Assembly: GCA_050084985.1 (NCBI GenBank)
Contig: JBITNC010000001.1
Coordinates: 24,304,001-24,368,000, forward strand
Reading direction: 5' to 3'
Length of the DNA stretch: 64,000 nt
From: Nageia nagi
Taxonomy: Eukaryota > Plantae > Pinophyta
The notes under the pieces are model-generated. The model was given only the letters and a program-made list of their open reading frames with translations, was not told where the DNA came from and did not search any database. Position 1 is the first letter of the stretch. Each line of letters starts with the position of its first letter. Shown here one piece after another: positions 27,200-40,367 of the stretch. Both the position numbers and the translations under genes were made by a program.

Positions 27200-27660
27200 C
27201 TCCATAATGAAAATAAATCTTCAAAAATGCTCTCAAACTTCTAATATTTATCTTAGGGGATCCTCAAAATATAAAAAGGAGCTCAGAAATACCCCTAGTA
27301 TGCTAACATCTAGCTAAAAATGTTCCCAAAATGTAAGATAAACCTCAAAACTCCTCCAAGATACCAACATTTTTCTTTAGGTGGAATTAGAATGTAGAAT
27401 GAACCTTCAAAAAGCACTCAAAATACCAACATCTATCTCTTGAAGAGATCAAAATACAAAAAATGAACTCAAAAATACCCTCAAGAATGAAACATCTAGC
27501 TTCAAGTGGGTTTGAAATGTAGCTTCAGGCATAAAAATTTCTTTAGAATACCCACATACTCCTTATGAAGGCCTTAAAATGCTGAATGAGTTTCAAAATG
27601 GCTCTCAAAATACTAATGTCTCCTTTAGGTTGGCCCAAAATCCAACATATAGCTCTATAT
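27200..27660 (-). repeat. Degenerate ~62-bp tandem array in the family-A leader (also 52440-52920 and 54780-55400)
   Basis: AACAT(C/T)-type anchors at ~27305, 27366, 27428, 27491, 27553, 27615, each followed by ...AAAATG/A motifs. Confidence 0.75.
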
Positions 27661-28165
27661 GAGCTCATACTCTCTAGACAAACCCTTATTCCTCCTTCAA
27701 ACATAGAATAAATAAATAACAAAATTGAACTTGAAATTAGAATGCAATTTTTTTGAAAGTGTATCTTTTCAATCTGGAGGAACCTCCTTAATGCTTCAAA
27801 ATTTGAAATTAGTGTTAAAGTATGCCTAATGACTTGCTAGAAGTGTGATATAGGGCTTTTAGATCTCTAAGAACTTGCTCCAAGCATCCATATCCCCTAA
27901 AAACTTCTTCAAAATGAACACTATGATGTTAGGTCAACTCCACTCTTCAATTGGATAATAAGAACTCTCCATAAATAACATTATGAACACTGTGATCTTA
28001 CAAAATATCATAATTATTCTCCTTCAACTACTCCAACTCCAATAATAACCTTTAGTAGCAAATCCTAAACTCTTACCTAGTATCAAGGGAAAGATCTCCA
28101 ACTTATCTTAGCAAATCCTTCATATGTGATACCATTGTGATGTGGGTATCCCAATTCTTCAACTC

Positions 28166-31100
28166 TTTTCAAGAACCTTTTTCTTGATAAAATGGGTATG
28201 GATTTCCACATATTTTATTCTTTGATGGAACATAAGATTCTTAGCCAAAGAAATAGCTGATTGATTATCTAAATAAATCAAAGATGAGCCACCTTTCTCA
28301 TATCCAATTTCTTTTAGAAGATACCTTATCCTAATGGCTTCTTAGGCTACAACAAACATGGTATGATATTTAGCTTCTATGGTGGAAAGAAAAATAGTAG
28401 GCTACTTCTTGGAAGCACAAGAGATAGCACTTGAATCAATGCTAAACACATATGTAAAGTATGACTTCCTATCATCTTTATCTCTCCCATAGTCATAATC
28501 TAAGAATTTAAAGAGAATAAATGAGGGTAACTTGGAATACTTGAAAGCAAGATCTCTAGTCTCTGCAATATACCTCAAGATTTGCTTAATAGCATTGAAG
28601 TGTTTAACATAAGGTTTTTGCATGAATTGTGCCATCAAATTCATTATAAAGGCAATATTTGGCTTGGATATAGTTAAATACAAAATACTACCAATTAATT
28701 ACCTGTAAGCTATAGCATCAACTAACTGAGAGTTGGAGCCTAGAGAAATAGTGATTCTAGGAGAGACTAGTATTGTAGCATATCAACACTCCATTCCAAA
28801 CTTCTACAAGATATTTGATATATACTTAGATTGATTGAGGTAAGTACAATCCTTGTATTGATACACTTACATTTCAAGATAGTATTGCAAGAGACCAAGA
28901 TCAATCATTTCAAATGTTGCCTTAGGTTTGGATATGCACTCTTAAATGATTTTATCATTGTTCCCAATAATTTAAAGATCATCCACAGAAAGAAGAATCA
29001 AGACCACATTTTTTTTTGATTGAGCACATATAGATTAACATCAAAAAAACACTTAGAGAATCCAATGTCTACAAAGTACTTTGAAATCTTTTTGTACTAG
29101 GCTTTAGGTGCTTGCTTAAGTCCATATAATAACTTCTTTAGCTTGCACACAAAGAACTCTTTGCCTTCCATAATAAACCCTTCTAGTTGATTCATGAAGA
29201 TTTTCTCATCTAAGTCACCATTGAGAAATGCACTTTTGACATCAAGTTGAAAATTTTTTCATCCTTGAACTGTAAAGAGAGTAAGAATAACTCTCAAAGT
29301 AGGCATGTTTACCATGGGAGCAAAGGTTTTCTCATAATCTACATCATATTTTTGAGCAAAATATTTAGCTACTAACCTTACCTTATATTTCTCAATATCT
29401 CCAATTGAATTGACCTTTACCTTGTAGATCTATTTATTTCCAATCACATTCTTTCCATTAGGATAAGAAACCAAGTTCCAAGTTTTATTTTTCATAAGTA
29501 CCTCATACTCCACTTTCATGGCTTCTATCTAGCATTTATGCTTAGAAGCTTCTTTGAAGGTTGAGGGCTCATGCTTGTTATCAATCTTGGTAATTAAGGA
29601 TCTATTCAGGTTCATGCTCCTTATTATCCTTTGTGTTAGAGAATTTTATTTCTGAGGTGACTTGTCTACATCAATATCCAACCAATTAGAAGTAATTGAA
29701 GAGTCTTTTAGATCATCAACATCCTCATTAGAAATAAATTCTTCAAGAAGTTCATTGAACTTTACATCCCTTGAAATGAACACTACTTTTTATGTTGGAG
29801 AGTACAGGTTGTAGCCTTTATGCTAACTATCATAACCCATAAAGATGCATTTTTTAGCTCTTTTATCCAACTTCTTCCTTTTCTTAGAAATAATGTAGGA
29901 GAATGCTTCACAACTAAACACCCTAAGGTGAGAAATGTTAGGTTTTCTTCCTAACCATGCCTCAGAAGGAGTTTTACTCTAAATAGTTTTTATGGAACAC
30001 CTATTCAAGGTTGTAAATAGCAATGCTCACAACTCCACCTCATAAGAATTTAGGAAGATTACCCAACATGCATCTAGCCATCTCCATAATTATTCTAGTT
30101 TTTCTTTTGAAAACACCATTCTAATGAGGAGTTTAAGGAATTGCAAATTACCTCTTGATTTTATACTTAGCACAATAGTCATTAAACTCATTGCTATTAT
30201 ATTCTCCTCCATTATTTAATCTCAACATTTTGATTTTAAGGTTAGTTTGATTCTCAATAATGGCTTTAAAAATGTTAAAACTCTAAAACATTTGGTCTTT
30301 TTGCTCAGGTAGATACCCAAAGGTCATCCTACTAAAGTCATCAATGAAGGTCAAGATGTAAGATGCTCCTCCAAGTGATTGAGTTTGAAATGGACCCATA
30401 AAATCTAAATGCACAAGTTTAAGGGGTTGAGATGCTCTTGTTGCCTTATCTTTTTTAAACTTTTGTCTATACATATTGCCAAGAGTGCACTTCTCGCATA
30501 GACCAATCGAAGAAGAAATTAAAGGCAAGCCTTTCATAAGTTCTTGATCTTTCATGATTTGAATACTATTGTGGTTAAGGTACTCTAAGTGATGGTGGCA
30601 AAGATTACCTATAGAACACACACTAGAAGTAAGACACATATTTGATAGAACTTGATCCATGATGTAGAGGTTGTCTTTCACTGATCTTTTTCAAACTGGT
30701 AAGTCCTTTCTTAATGCTCCAAGATTGAGAGTTGAACTCAAAAGAGTACCCAACTTGGATCATGGAGAGAAGGTTCATCTTTAATTTAGGAATATAGAGA
30801 ATATTTTCAAGAAATTTTCTATGAATTAGCACACTCCCAATTCCATATAATTCAAGGGTAGAGTTATCACCTATTACAACCGCATCTTTTTTATATTTGT
30901 GAAAGTTTTTAAATATTTTCTTTTCAAAGCATAGGTGATTAATGCAACCAAAATCAATAATAAGAGCAAGACATGGAGTAGAACATCATAGCAAAACTAG
31001 CATGAATATTCTTCTTTCATTTATAGTTTTTTCCATTTCCATTACCTTTGTTCTTTTTTCTTTTTTCTTTTTGTAGTAATCAACTTCTTTGTGACCTTGA

Positions 31101-31919
31101 ATGCCATAATAGTTATAATTACCATCAAATTTTTTCTTAGGATAAATATTATTTTCTTTGATTTTTCTTTTTCTTTACTTGAAATGATTATTATTTTCGT
31201 TGTTTCTATTGGAGTGGTTATTGTTCGTATTGCTATTGTAGCCATTACCTCTTTTTTTAAATCTTTTGGAGAAAGAAGAATAAGATTTATTTTGATGGTT
31301 GAACTTATTTTGGAAAGGAGTTTTGGTTACTCTAAGAGCCATGTTATTATCTTTAGAAGAAGAAATTAACACCTTATTCTTAAGGGTTTCCTCATGGTTC
31401 AATAGGTGCCTTGAAAGGTTCTCAAGGGAGAAGACTTCTTCATCATCATTAAGCCTTGTTTCCATAACCATTACAAAGTTTTCAAACTTTGAAGAATGAT
31501 GAAGATCATGAACTCATCATTGATCCAATTGCACCCATAAGCAATAAGTTGGGTCCTTAGATTAATGATTTTATCAAATAGATAGCCACATTTTCATCTT
31601 TTCCTTGATGAGATTGAAGTAACTTTTGGAGAATGGTAAACCTTCTTAAAAATTTTGAACCAAGGTAGATTTATTTAAGCTTATCCCAAGATTACTTTAC
31701 TAAGGTTGAAGAGGAAATCATCAAGAGCACATAATCTAAAATTGCATAGTAAATTATGGAGGTTGCTCACTCATTCTTCGTGTTGTAATCTTCTAGTGTC
31801 TTCTCATCTATAGGATGTATAAGGTTCTTATTCACTATAAATTTAGCTCTCATCCGTGGTTCTCAAATCCCATAGTTGGAACCATCAAGAATGTGTTTGG
31901 GTAAAAAGGATTCTCCCAT
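28166..31919 (-). pseudogene. Copia gag-pol pseudogene (gag-PR-INT-RT-RH)
   Basis: MGESFLPKHILDGSNY; IIDFGCINHL (PR); LVHLDFMGPFQTQSLGGASYILTFIDDFSR (INT); QLDVKSAFLNG, LYGLKQAP, VDDL (RT); DYDYGRDKDDRKS, FHQRIKYVEIHTHFI (RH). Confidence 0.92.
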
Positions 31920-34900
31920 TTTGCTACATAAGAATGTAAAATAATAAGCATGTGGTTTCAATAAATAATATTAAATGTTATGTTTTGACCAAGTAAATCA
32001 TACATGTTACATTTAACACTAAAGAAATGCTTGACTTGATTAACAAGTGTAAATATTTTACAATATAAATAATAATCCATATACCCAAATACATTTCTTA
32101 TTTCAAGAACCATAGATGTAAAGTGACATTATTGAGGCTTATTTTCTTATCTACAATTAGGCCTTCACCTAGATGCCCACACAAGAGGAGCCCAAATTCT
32201 GTCAATCCTCAACCAGTTCCCCTTATATAGTAATATAATCTTACAAGGAGAAGTACTAGCTATTTTTCAAAGTTTCTATATTTATTGGATCAACCAAATT
32301 ATTAATCTTGATTAGGTTTCAAGTTATCCTCCTAGATTATTAGGATAATCTCTAAATAGACATACAGATATGTGGTATCACTACACACATACCTTTCCAC
32401 TTATTGGAGTTAAATCTAGACCAATAGAGGACTTAGTGGAAATTAAGAAGTATAAACATTTCACCACTTGGATCATCAAACTTAAAGGTTCCAATCTACC
32501 TATCCTCACCTCATGGCTCCCTAAATAAGTCATGTTGCAAAATGTACATGCGGATGTGTTCATTTTAGGGGGTTACTCATATGAATTTGCATTTTTATTT
32601 ACATAAGCAAATAAATCAAAGTACAAAATATAAAACAAAAGAGCTTAGGTAAAATATCATTCACTCAAAAATTTAAAACCTACATTTCCAATGGGTTTTG
32701 TTTACCAACCCCTAAAAGATATCTTTACATCATCTCTTATTTTGCACAAGTTTATTCCATAATTTGCATAAGGATAAATAGTAAACATGCATTTTTAAGT
32801 CATAATCATGCATTATTAACTTAAAAAGTAATCTCTAAAAAAAATGCATTAATAGCTTAAAATTAAGCATAAGCATGCAACTCTTAAAAAACTTTAGTAC
32901 TAAGTATAAGCATGCATTATCCTAATATTTTGCATAAATGAATATAGAAAAATAGATGGACATTAGATGCAATAATTAAGTAAAAGGTTTATACAAATTC
33001 CCCCCCTTTTTACTTAAAGTTTGTATTTACTTTTAAAAATAGCATAGCATTCCCCACCTTTTGCTTATTAAAAACTTTTTAGGTTACCTTAGAATTTTGA
33101 CCAAGGAGAGATGCAATAGTATATTTGAATAAGTAATAAAATTGCATTTTTACCAATGCAATAGTCTAAATTGCCTTGTAAAAAATAAAGGTAATAATAG
33201 TTCTTTAAAAAAAAAAAAAAAAAACTACTCCACAACCCCCAAAAAACATTATGAAAAATAATAAATATCAAACATGATTACTTTCCTACAAAACTTACCT
33301 TTTAATCTACTCAAGGCCATTAATGTGTGTAGAGGGTAAATTTTAACTTGTAAGCAAAAACATATTCAATGATTCTGCCCAAATGTGGAGAGGTGCATAA
33401 ATATATTTATTCATTATTAATTTTATTATTATTATTATTATTATATAAAATCTAAGGGTCATAAGCTTAAAAAAAAAAAGATAACAATAGTAGACTAGGG
33501 GAAGTTGTAGACTTGAGAGCCATACAGAGGTCAAACATGGAGGAGAAGGTGAGAACATGGAGGAGAAGGCATCCACAGAGTGGAGGAGACACTAAGAAAA
33601 GGTAGAAGGGTTGATCGCAAGGGATCTTATTGTGTCTAAATACTATAGTCAAGGCAAAGGAGGGTTGGCCAATATTTCATAGAATGCACTTGATAGAGCT
33701 CACACCTTGGTTACCTGAATGGGGACTAGCTAGCGATCAAGAGTTGATAAGATGCAAACAATTGATTACCAACCACTAGGAATTAAATCACCATGAATAA
33801 AGGGAGGGCTTACCACCTCTCTAATACCTTCGACCAAGCTATTCACTAAATGGATAAGCAATTGAGAGAAAAGGAGCCGCTTACCAATAAACATTTTTGT
33901 TTCCAATGTAAGGGGGAGAGAAATAAGTTATCTACTATTGAAGGCCCCTGATCAAGAAAATAGGTCCCAATTCATGCTTTTTCTTATCATGAAAGCCACA
34001 AAAGGAGTTACACAAGAGACCAAGGAGGAGGGCAAGTTTGTGCGAGGGGGAGGAGAGCAAGACCTAATCGCTATGCAACTGAAGGCACATGGAGGACCAG
34101 AGCACCCGAGTGGTCTAACATCCACCAAGATAGGTAGTGTGAATGGGTTAAAAGCCCTATAAAAAATTCAAACCTACCAAAAAATTTGATTTTTTTTTGA
34201 AGAATAATAAATGCCTCTTCATATTTGAACAAGAATTGAAGAGTTTTTTTAGTAAAATATATAATCAAATAAAAAATAATTTTTTTATGTATGAAGTATA
34301 TTATTGTAAAAAAAAAAAGCAATATTTTGCCAAATAAAGTTAAGTGAGTATAGTATACTAAATGCAATTTTTATATACTATCCTCTTAAGTAAAAAAATT
34401 ACTATATTAAGCATTTTTTTTTAAATACTTCCAACATAAGAGGCTAGTGTAAATAAAAAAAATTGCATTATATTGCTTTATTTGACCAAAAAAGAGAAAC
34501 TAACATAGAAAATAATATGTTAGTAAAATATTTGCATTACATACTATTCTCTTGAAAGGTATATCATGTATTAAGCATTTTGTAAAAAAATGCTACTAAC
34601 ATAAGAGGTTATTATAGGAAAAATAATTGCTTGCATTACCATTTTGATCATATTTTGCAAAAAATAAGCTCACATATATCATAAAATATGTTAGTATCTA
34701 ATAAAATAATCCATAAAATAACTAAAATAGGAAAAAATTTATACCTTCTCTTAGTTTTACCTCACCAATGGTGTGTAAGATGAGGAATGAAGAAGGATCA
34801 CCAAGATGTAGATTCCACACCAAGAAGAAGAGCTTTCACACCAAGATCTGATACTAAATTGAAGGAACTAACAATAAGAAGATAATTCCCAATCAACCAA

Positions 34901-35352
34901 TATCACATGAAAGCTCAAAATTACATATAACAAACTCACAAAGCAATCTCACAACATAAGATGTAAGTGGTTCCTCCAACTAGGAGTACATCCACTAACT
35001 AGATCTTTACTTCAATCACAAATACAACTCTCTTACAATCTTCCTACTCTTTTCTCCTAACCACTATCCTATAGCATAACTTTACTCCACAATTGGTGTG
35101 TGATCACAAAGAGAGAGCCTTCTATTTATAGGCCAAAATCCCTCTTTGGATCACCCTTTTATCCAATGTACAAAAGCATGACATGCATATCCTTTTACCC
35201 AAGGGGCATGCTCATGACATGGATTGTAAGACAAGTTACATTATGATATTCACTTAAATACTTAAGATATCAATTGATACCATTAAGTATTAGTTAACTT
35301 TACATAGAATATTTAATACAACCTTTACAATAATGCATTATACATTCCAACA
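28166..35352 (-). mobile_element. Ty1/copia retrotransposon, 3'-truncated, with ~2.9-kb 5' leader
   Basis: 5' LTR 35352-34860 (TGTTGG...CCTTCA), PBS-like TAGTATCAGATC 34856-34845, gag-pol 31919-28166; its right end abuts the middle of a family-A LTR. Confidence 0.85.
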
Positions 35353-36495
35353 AAAATGAGATTTTAAGCAATGCGAAACTACTCCATAATCTAACATCTA
35401 AGCATAGAGAGATAAATAGCAAGATTTTGACAATAGAATGCAATTATATTGATAAAGTAATGGAAAAAGTGCAATAACAATATTTTTGGTAACATAAGGA
35501 GTTTGTTCTAGGATTATCTCTAATAGGCTTATTTTAGATGGCTCTAGGACCTCACTAATCCCAAAAGTAGTGAGGCAAGACTAGGTCTTCTTTGTAGTAA
35601 CTATGATGGAACCAACAACATTTCTCTTAATATGGCTAGAGTAAGTTCAAGGGTAGCCTCTTATCCCCTCAATAATTCAAATGCAGGTCACCCTACAAGT
35701 GGAAAATATAGAGTCTCCACTTAATTAAAAATAAAGGATTTAATAACAAATTTAACATATCTTATAATACCTATGAGTTCTCCTTTTATAGGTGAGGGTT
35801 ATCACTTCTAATCTTGCATTGATATGATCTAACGATGGAGAGATGTGATTCATGTGCTCATGTATGCAATGTCCAAAATGAGAAGTCTTAGGATGGATAA
35901 AATCATATCTAAGGACTATGAATGCCAACATACAAGAGAATTTGATGCCATAGTTCCTCACGATCAGTGCCATAGATCCATGTGCATAGGAGGGCCAACA
36001 TGGGATTTTGTGATGCTCCCATGCCTAATGTCTATGCTCAAGGGCTTTCCACTTGCATTGAGATTACCAATGCCTAGTTTGAAGTTTTATGTTCATTCTT
36101 GGAGCTCCAAATGACCTCTAGTTATTGTAATCACCTAGGGGATGCTCTACCTCAAAGAGAGGAGCACTAATGACTAGAGATACATTTAATGCTAATATTA
36201 CAATTATAAAGGCTAAAATATATAACACCTCATTTAGTGAGACTAATATTGTATTTAAAATTATAGTTACCTTGGTATCATAAATACAACATTATTGGTA
36301 TTCTGATAAATAATTAAATTAAAAAAATAAATAAAAGGACCATTTATTATATAATTAGAGCTTTATTAAATCTCTAAGTTGATTTTATATCATTTTGGCT
36401 AAATTATACAAAAATAGCCTAAAATACTCCTAGATTAATGTTCCCATTCATCAGAGGTGAAATGGAAAAAATACCTAAAAAATGGGGATATTACA
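35353..36495 (-). mobile_element. Family-A LTR (partial; left ~290 bp missing at the copia junction)
   Basis: Collinear with 22437-23558; ends GGGGATATTACA followed by PPT complement CTTCCCTCCC. Confidence 0.85.
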
Positions 36496-37992
36496 AATCT
36501 TCCCTCCCTAAATTCCTTATCCCTAAACAATTCAAAACATCCTTAGCTACATCAAGGTCCTCTTGATCCTCATCTTTTTCTTTGTCATTGTAGGTCCAAG
36601 GATAAATAACCTTTATCTTTCTCTTTTCTATTATCCCTAGTCGAATTCTTTTAAAATCTTTGAGTATGTCAGTAAATGCCTTTTTGGAGGTTCTTCCCAT
36701 GTCCTTCCTTTTGGTGGACATGTCAGGATGTTCCTAAGTTGCCTCTTCTAGCAGTAGACCTTTCCACTTAACACATATCTCATCAGTAACTCAATTCCTA
36801 AGTTGTTTCTTACAAGTGTCCAATACCTTCTCAGAAATCCACACTAAGTTCCCCTTGCTATCGATTAGGGGTAATTCCATCAAAGGCTGGATATCTATTT
36901 CTAGTGAGTCCCTTTAATATGATCCATGGAATACACTATTCATCTTAGTTTCAAGGGGAAATTGAAGCTCATGGTGATTCTCCCCTATAATATTTAAGAT
37001 TTAAAAGGGTCCATAGTAGTACACAACATGCTTTTCTATCCTCCTTTGGTTGTTGGGAGACAACATGTATGGTTGCATGCTAACATACACATGCTTTCCT
37101 ACCTTGAATTCTCTCCCCTTAATTGATGGCATGGAGTACCCTTATGATTAATCTTGTCCATTTGATGTATGCTAAGGTGTTGCTATACTTGTGCTTTTAT
37201 TTTCTTCCTCATCAATGTTAAATGATGAATTGGTGGGTTGGTTTGGCTTCTCATCATGATGACTTGGGCCTTCTTCATAACCTATTTCCATCTCCTTCAC
37301 TTGGTAGGGATATGCTTCATGTGTACCTTGGGGATCCCTCTTGTGTGTTATATCAACTTGCTTTTGTACTCCTATTCTTTCTACTTCAATATGGTAAGTA
37401 ACTTCTCCTGAATACATTCTATAACTTACCATGTTTAAGTATAATTCTTTAATGCTACAGATAACATCCATCACTGTTTGTAGATCTGGATAAGAGAGTG
37501 TTCTCTCAAAATGTTCTATTTTTTATAAAAACATAAGAGCATTGTTTAATTGAGTCATTAGTATAGTTGAGTGACCATCAAATTATCTTCCCACTCAGTT
37601 GGATCCATATCACCCCACTTGGGTAAAATAGATAATTCTTCTCCCTTCCCCTTTAGATGGAAAGATGAGCTAGTAAAATGTATCTCTTTTGCTCTGGTAT
37701 GATTAGAAATCTCTTATGGTTTTGATATTTCCCTTACCTAGTGTTCTTGTTATACCATCTCCATCAAATCAAATTGTCATGTGATATCCAAAAATGTTAT
37801 AAAATATACTACCTTCTTGTAGTTTTTGGATCTCTTTTCATATCTCTTCAATTACTCATCTAGTTTCTTTGCCTTATCATTGATAATCATTCTTGTTTTG
37901 GGTTTCTCTTTCCTTATACCTAAAATCACATGGGTGCATAAATATAACACCTTTTCTAGTTTTTGATATGATTCCTTGCTCCAACTAGACAT
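36496..37992 (-). pseudogene. Family-A internal ORF copy 2 (more divergent subfamily); leader continues to ~38402
   Basis: Same architecture: ...ELYLNMVS.RMY.G...GREFKVGKHVYVSMQPY...YYGPF..VKWKGLLLEEAT...DVLNCLGIRNL. Confidence 0.75.
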
Positions 37993-38406
37993 GTTGCTAA
38001 GTGGGGCTTACTCTTAGTTAACTCATGCTGGTCAAAATAAAACTTCTAGTAACCATAAAATATTATGATCTTTTTCCACGTAACAACTATTTGTGCCTTT
38101 ATCTACTTATTACTTCTAAAATAAAATAAAATATTTTTATATTTTCTCTATATCTCTCCTAGTAAAAAATAATTAAATATGAAGATACTCAAATTACTCA
38201 AACCTAGAAATTTGGTCCTACCATGATGGTATGAGATAAGCAAATTTCAAACCTATGGGTTATGGGCCCAAAGAGTAACTATGATTTGAAGTGTTTCCTC
38301 TTGAAGCTCAATGTGCACATGCACAATATGAATAATGCCAACTTAATTTCAAAATTCAAAATTTGGTCAAGATACCAATTGTTCACCTTCAAGAGATGAA
38401 TTATAT

Positions 38407-40367
38407 TGTGTCATGGTTACACATTGTAATGTGAACCTTTTTGAAAGAAGGATAAACCTACAAGAAAATAGAAGCAAATTAATGATGAAGTATCCATTAG
38501 TAAATGTAATATTTTTTTTTAATTAATGTAATGAAGGCCCTTTCCTATTTTGTTGAGCAAAAATAAAGGTGTTAATAAAATATTAAAAATAAAGAAATTG
38601 CAAAATAGTTAAAATCATTGTAAAAATGGAAGTATAATGGAAATACAAGTAACTAAAAAGAACAAAAATACAATAATATAAAAAAAAAGCTAATAACAAA
38701 TGACAAAAGGGCTTGATGACTTTGTTAGATAAACTTTTCAATAAGGAAGCCACCACTCCTTAAAAAGAAATTCCAATGGATAACCATTTCTAATGTTGAA
38801 CCTATGATATTGATCATGATCCTTCTAAACTATTCCCCTTCTTTGAATTAGACTGGCAATAGTGTTTGATGGCTCTTGACCTAGTTCAAAGCCTAATTTT
38901 ACAAACTACATATCGACCTTAGGTAGATGGGTGAAAAATAAGTGTTGAGGATGAATACCAAATAATAGTTGTGGATTATTATAGAATATTTTTAAAAGAA
39001 AAGTGGGAATTTACAAATCTTCAATTTGTCTTCTTGTATTGGCCTTATGAAACCCTCAAGTCTGGTTGAAATGCACTATGAGAAGGCCACTTCAAGAATA
39101 TTTTGAGGATTTTGGATTCAATGACCTACCATGTATGGAGTGTAAGGATGGATATTGGTAAGATTACCACATGTGAGATTGGTGTTCAACTACATTGAAT
39201 ATTTTACCAAGACTTACCATATTTTACCAAGACTTACCACTTCAGTAACAATAATACAAAAGTAGTCTATTTCTAGAGGACTCAATTCCAACAACATATT
39301 TGTGACCTCATATGGCCAAAACAAATCTTGAAGAAACTCACTAGGATCCTGACAACCAAAAATAATAAACCAAAAAAGGAAGAATAATATGGTTTGTACT
39401 ATGGCCAATTTAGATCTACGCAAAGTGGTTCAGCTTCCCATTGACATCTTAATCACTATTTCCATCAAATTTTTAGAAAGAGAAACACATATGCCTTGGA
39501 GTTAGACATCTATGGGGAAGAGTTGCTCATTAAGGAAAATGCTCAATAATTATTTTGGAGGAAGAATTTGAACCAAAATTAATGAATTAGGTATTGCAAT
39601 TATTGTTTGGTACCACTCCTCGAATCATACTATATTGCATCACATATTATTGATTTCGACATTCCTTCGAGGCTATACCAATTAGTGTTCTAGTACAACC
39701 AGATAAGGTCAAATGGACAAGTGATCAAAATCTAGAAAATTGAGTTGTATATGACTACACTTACTACTATTTGACTATCACTGATTTAGTACCCTTGGCC
39801 AATAGAAAAAGGTAGCCTTAATGCAAAAGAAGAACTAAAATTTTTCTTGCAAAAATGCAAAGGAGAACTCAAGAGCAAGCACATATAGCATTCCTGCGAT
39901 AGAGATTTCTTATTGATGGTATAAGACCCTAGACCTTAACTCAATGATGAGTCAAATTATTAGGTTAGGGAGGATGTTGGCAAGAGAGAATTTCATTAGG
40001 TAAATTGATCGATCCTAAGTGATAGTTAATGATCAAACATAAAGTATCAACTACCTCATCTAGTGTGATCAAAAGGGCATGACTCTTCAATCCACCAAAT
40101 GGATCTAATAAGAGGAGGAACATAGATGAAGAGATGACAAGAATACATTGTACAATAAAAGTTTGTGAATACAAGTAAGAATGTAAATGAGCATGAGATC
40201 CAAGTGTGTGAGAATTATATTATTGTAACCGATATGATATGTCAATAAAAGGCTTAATCCTATATTCTAATAATTGAGTTATTTATCTTATTTTATGTTC
40301 TTTTCTATTTATCCATCAATTCTTGGTTGTAGATAAGAATTCTATTGATCAATTCGATCAATCAACA
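38407..40367. mobile_element. Putative solo LTR of an unrelated family, no TSD
   Basis: TG(TG)TCATGG start and ATCAACA end; non-coding; AATAAA motifs near the 3' end; family-A sequence on both sides but from non-contiguous positions. Confidence 0.4.

Noticed and set aside
34106-34118. tRNA-like A-box CCGAGTGGTCTAA
   Set aside because: No B-box or cloverleaf stems follow
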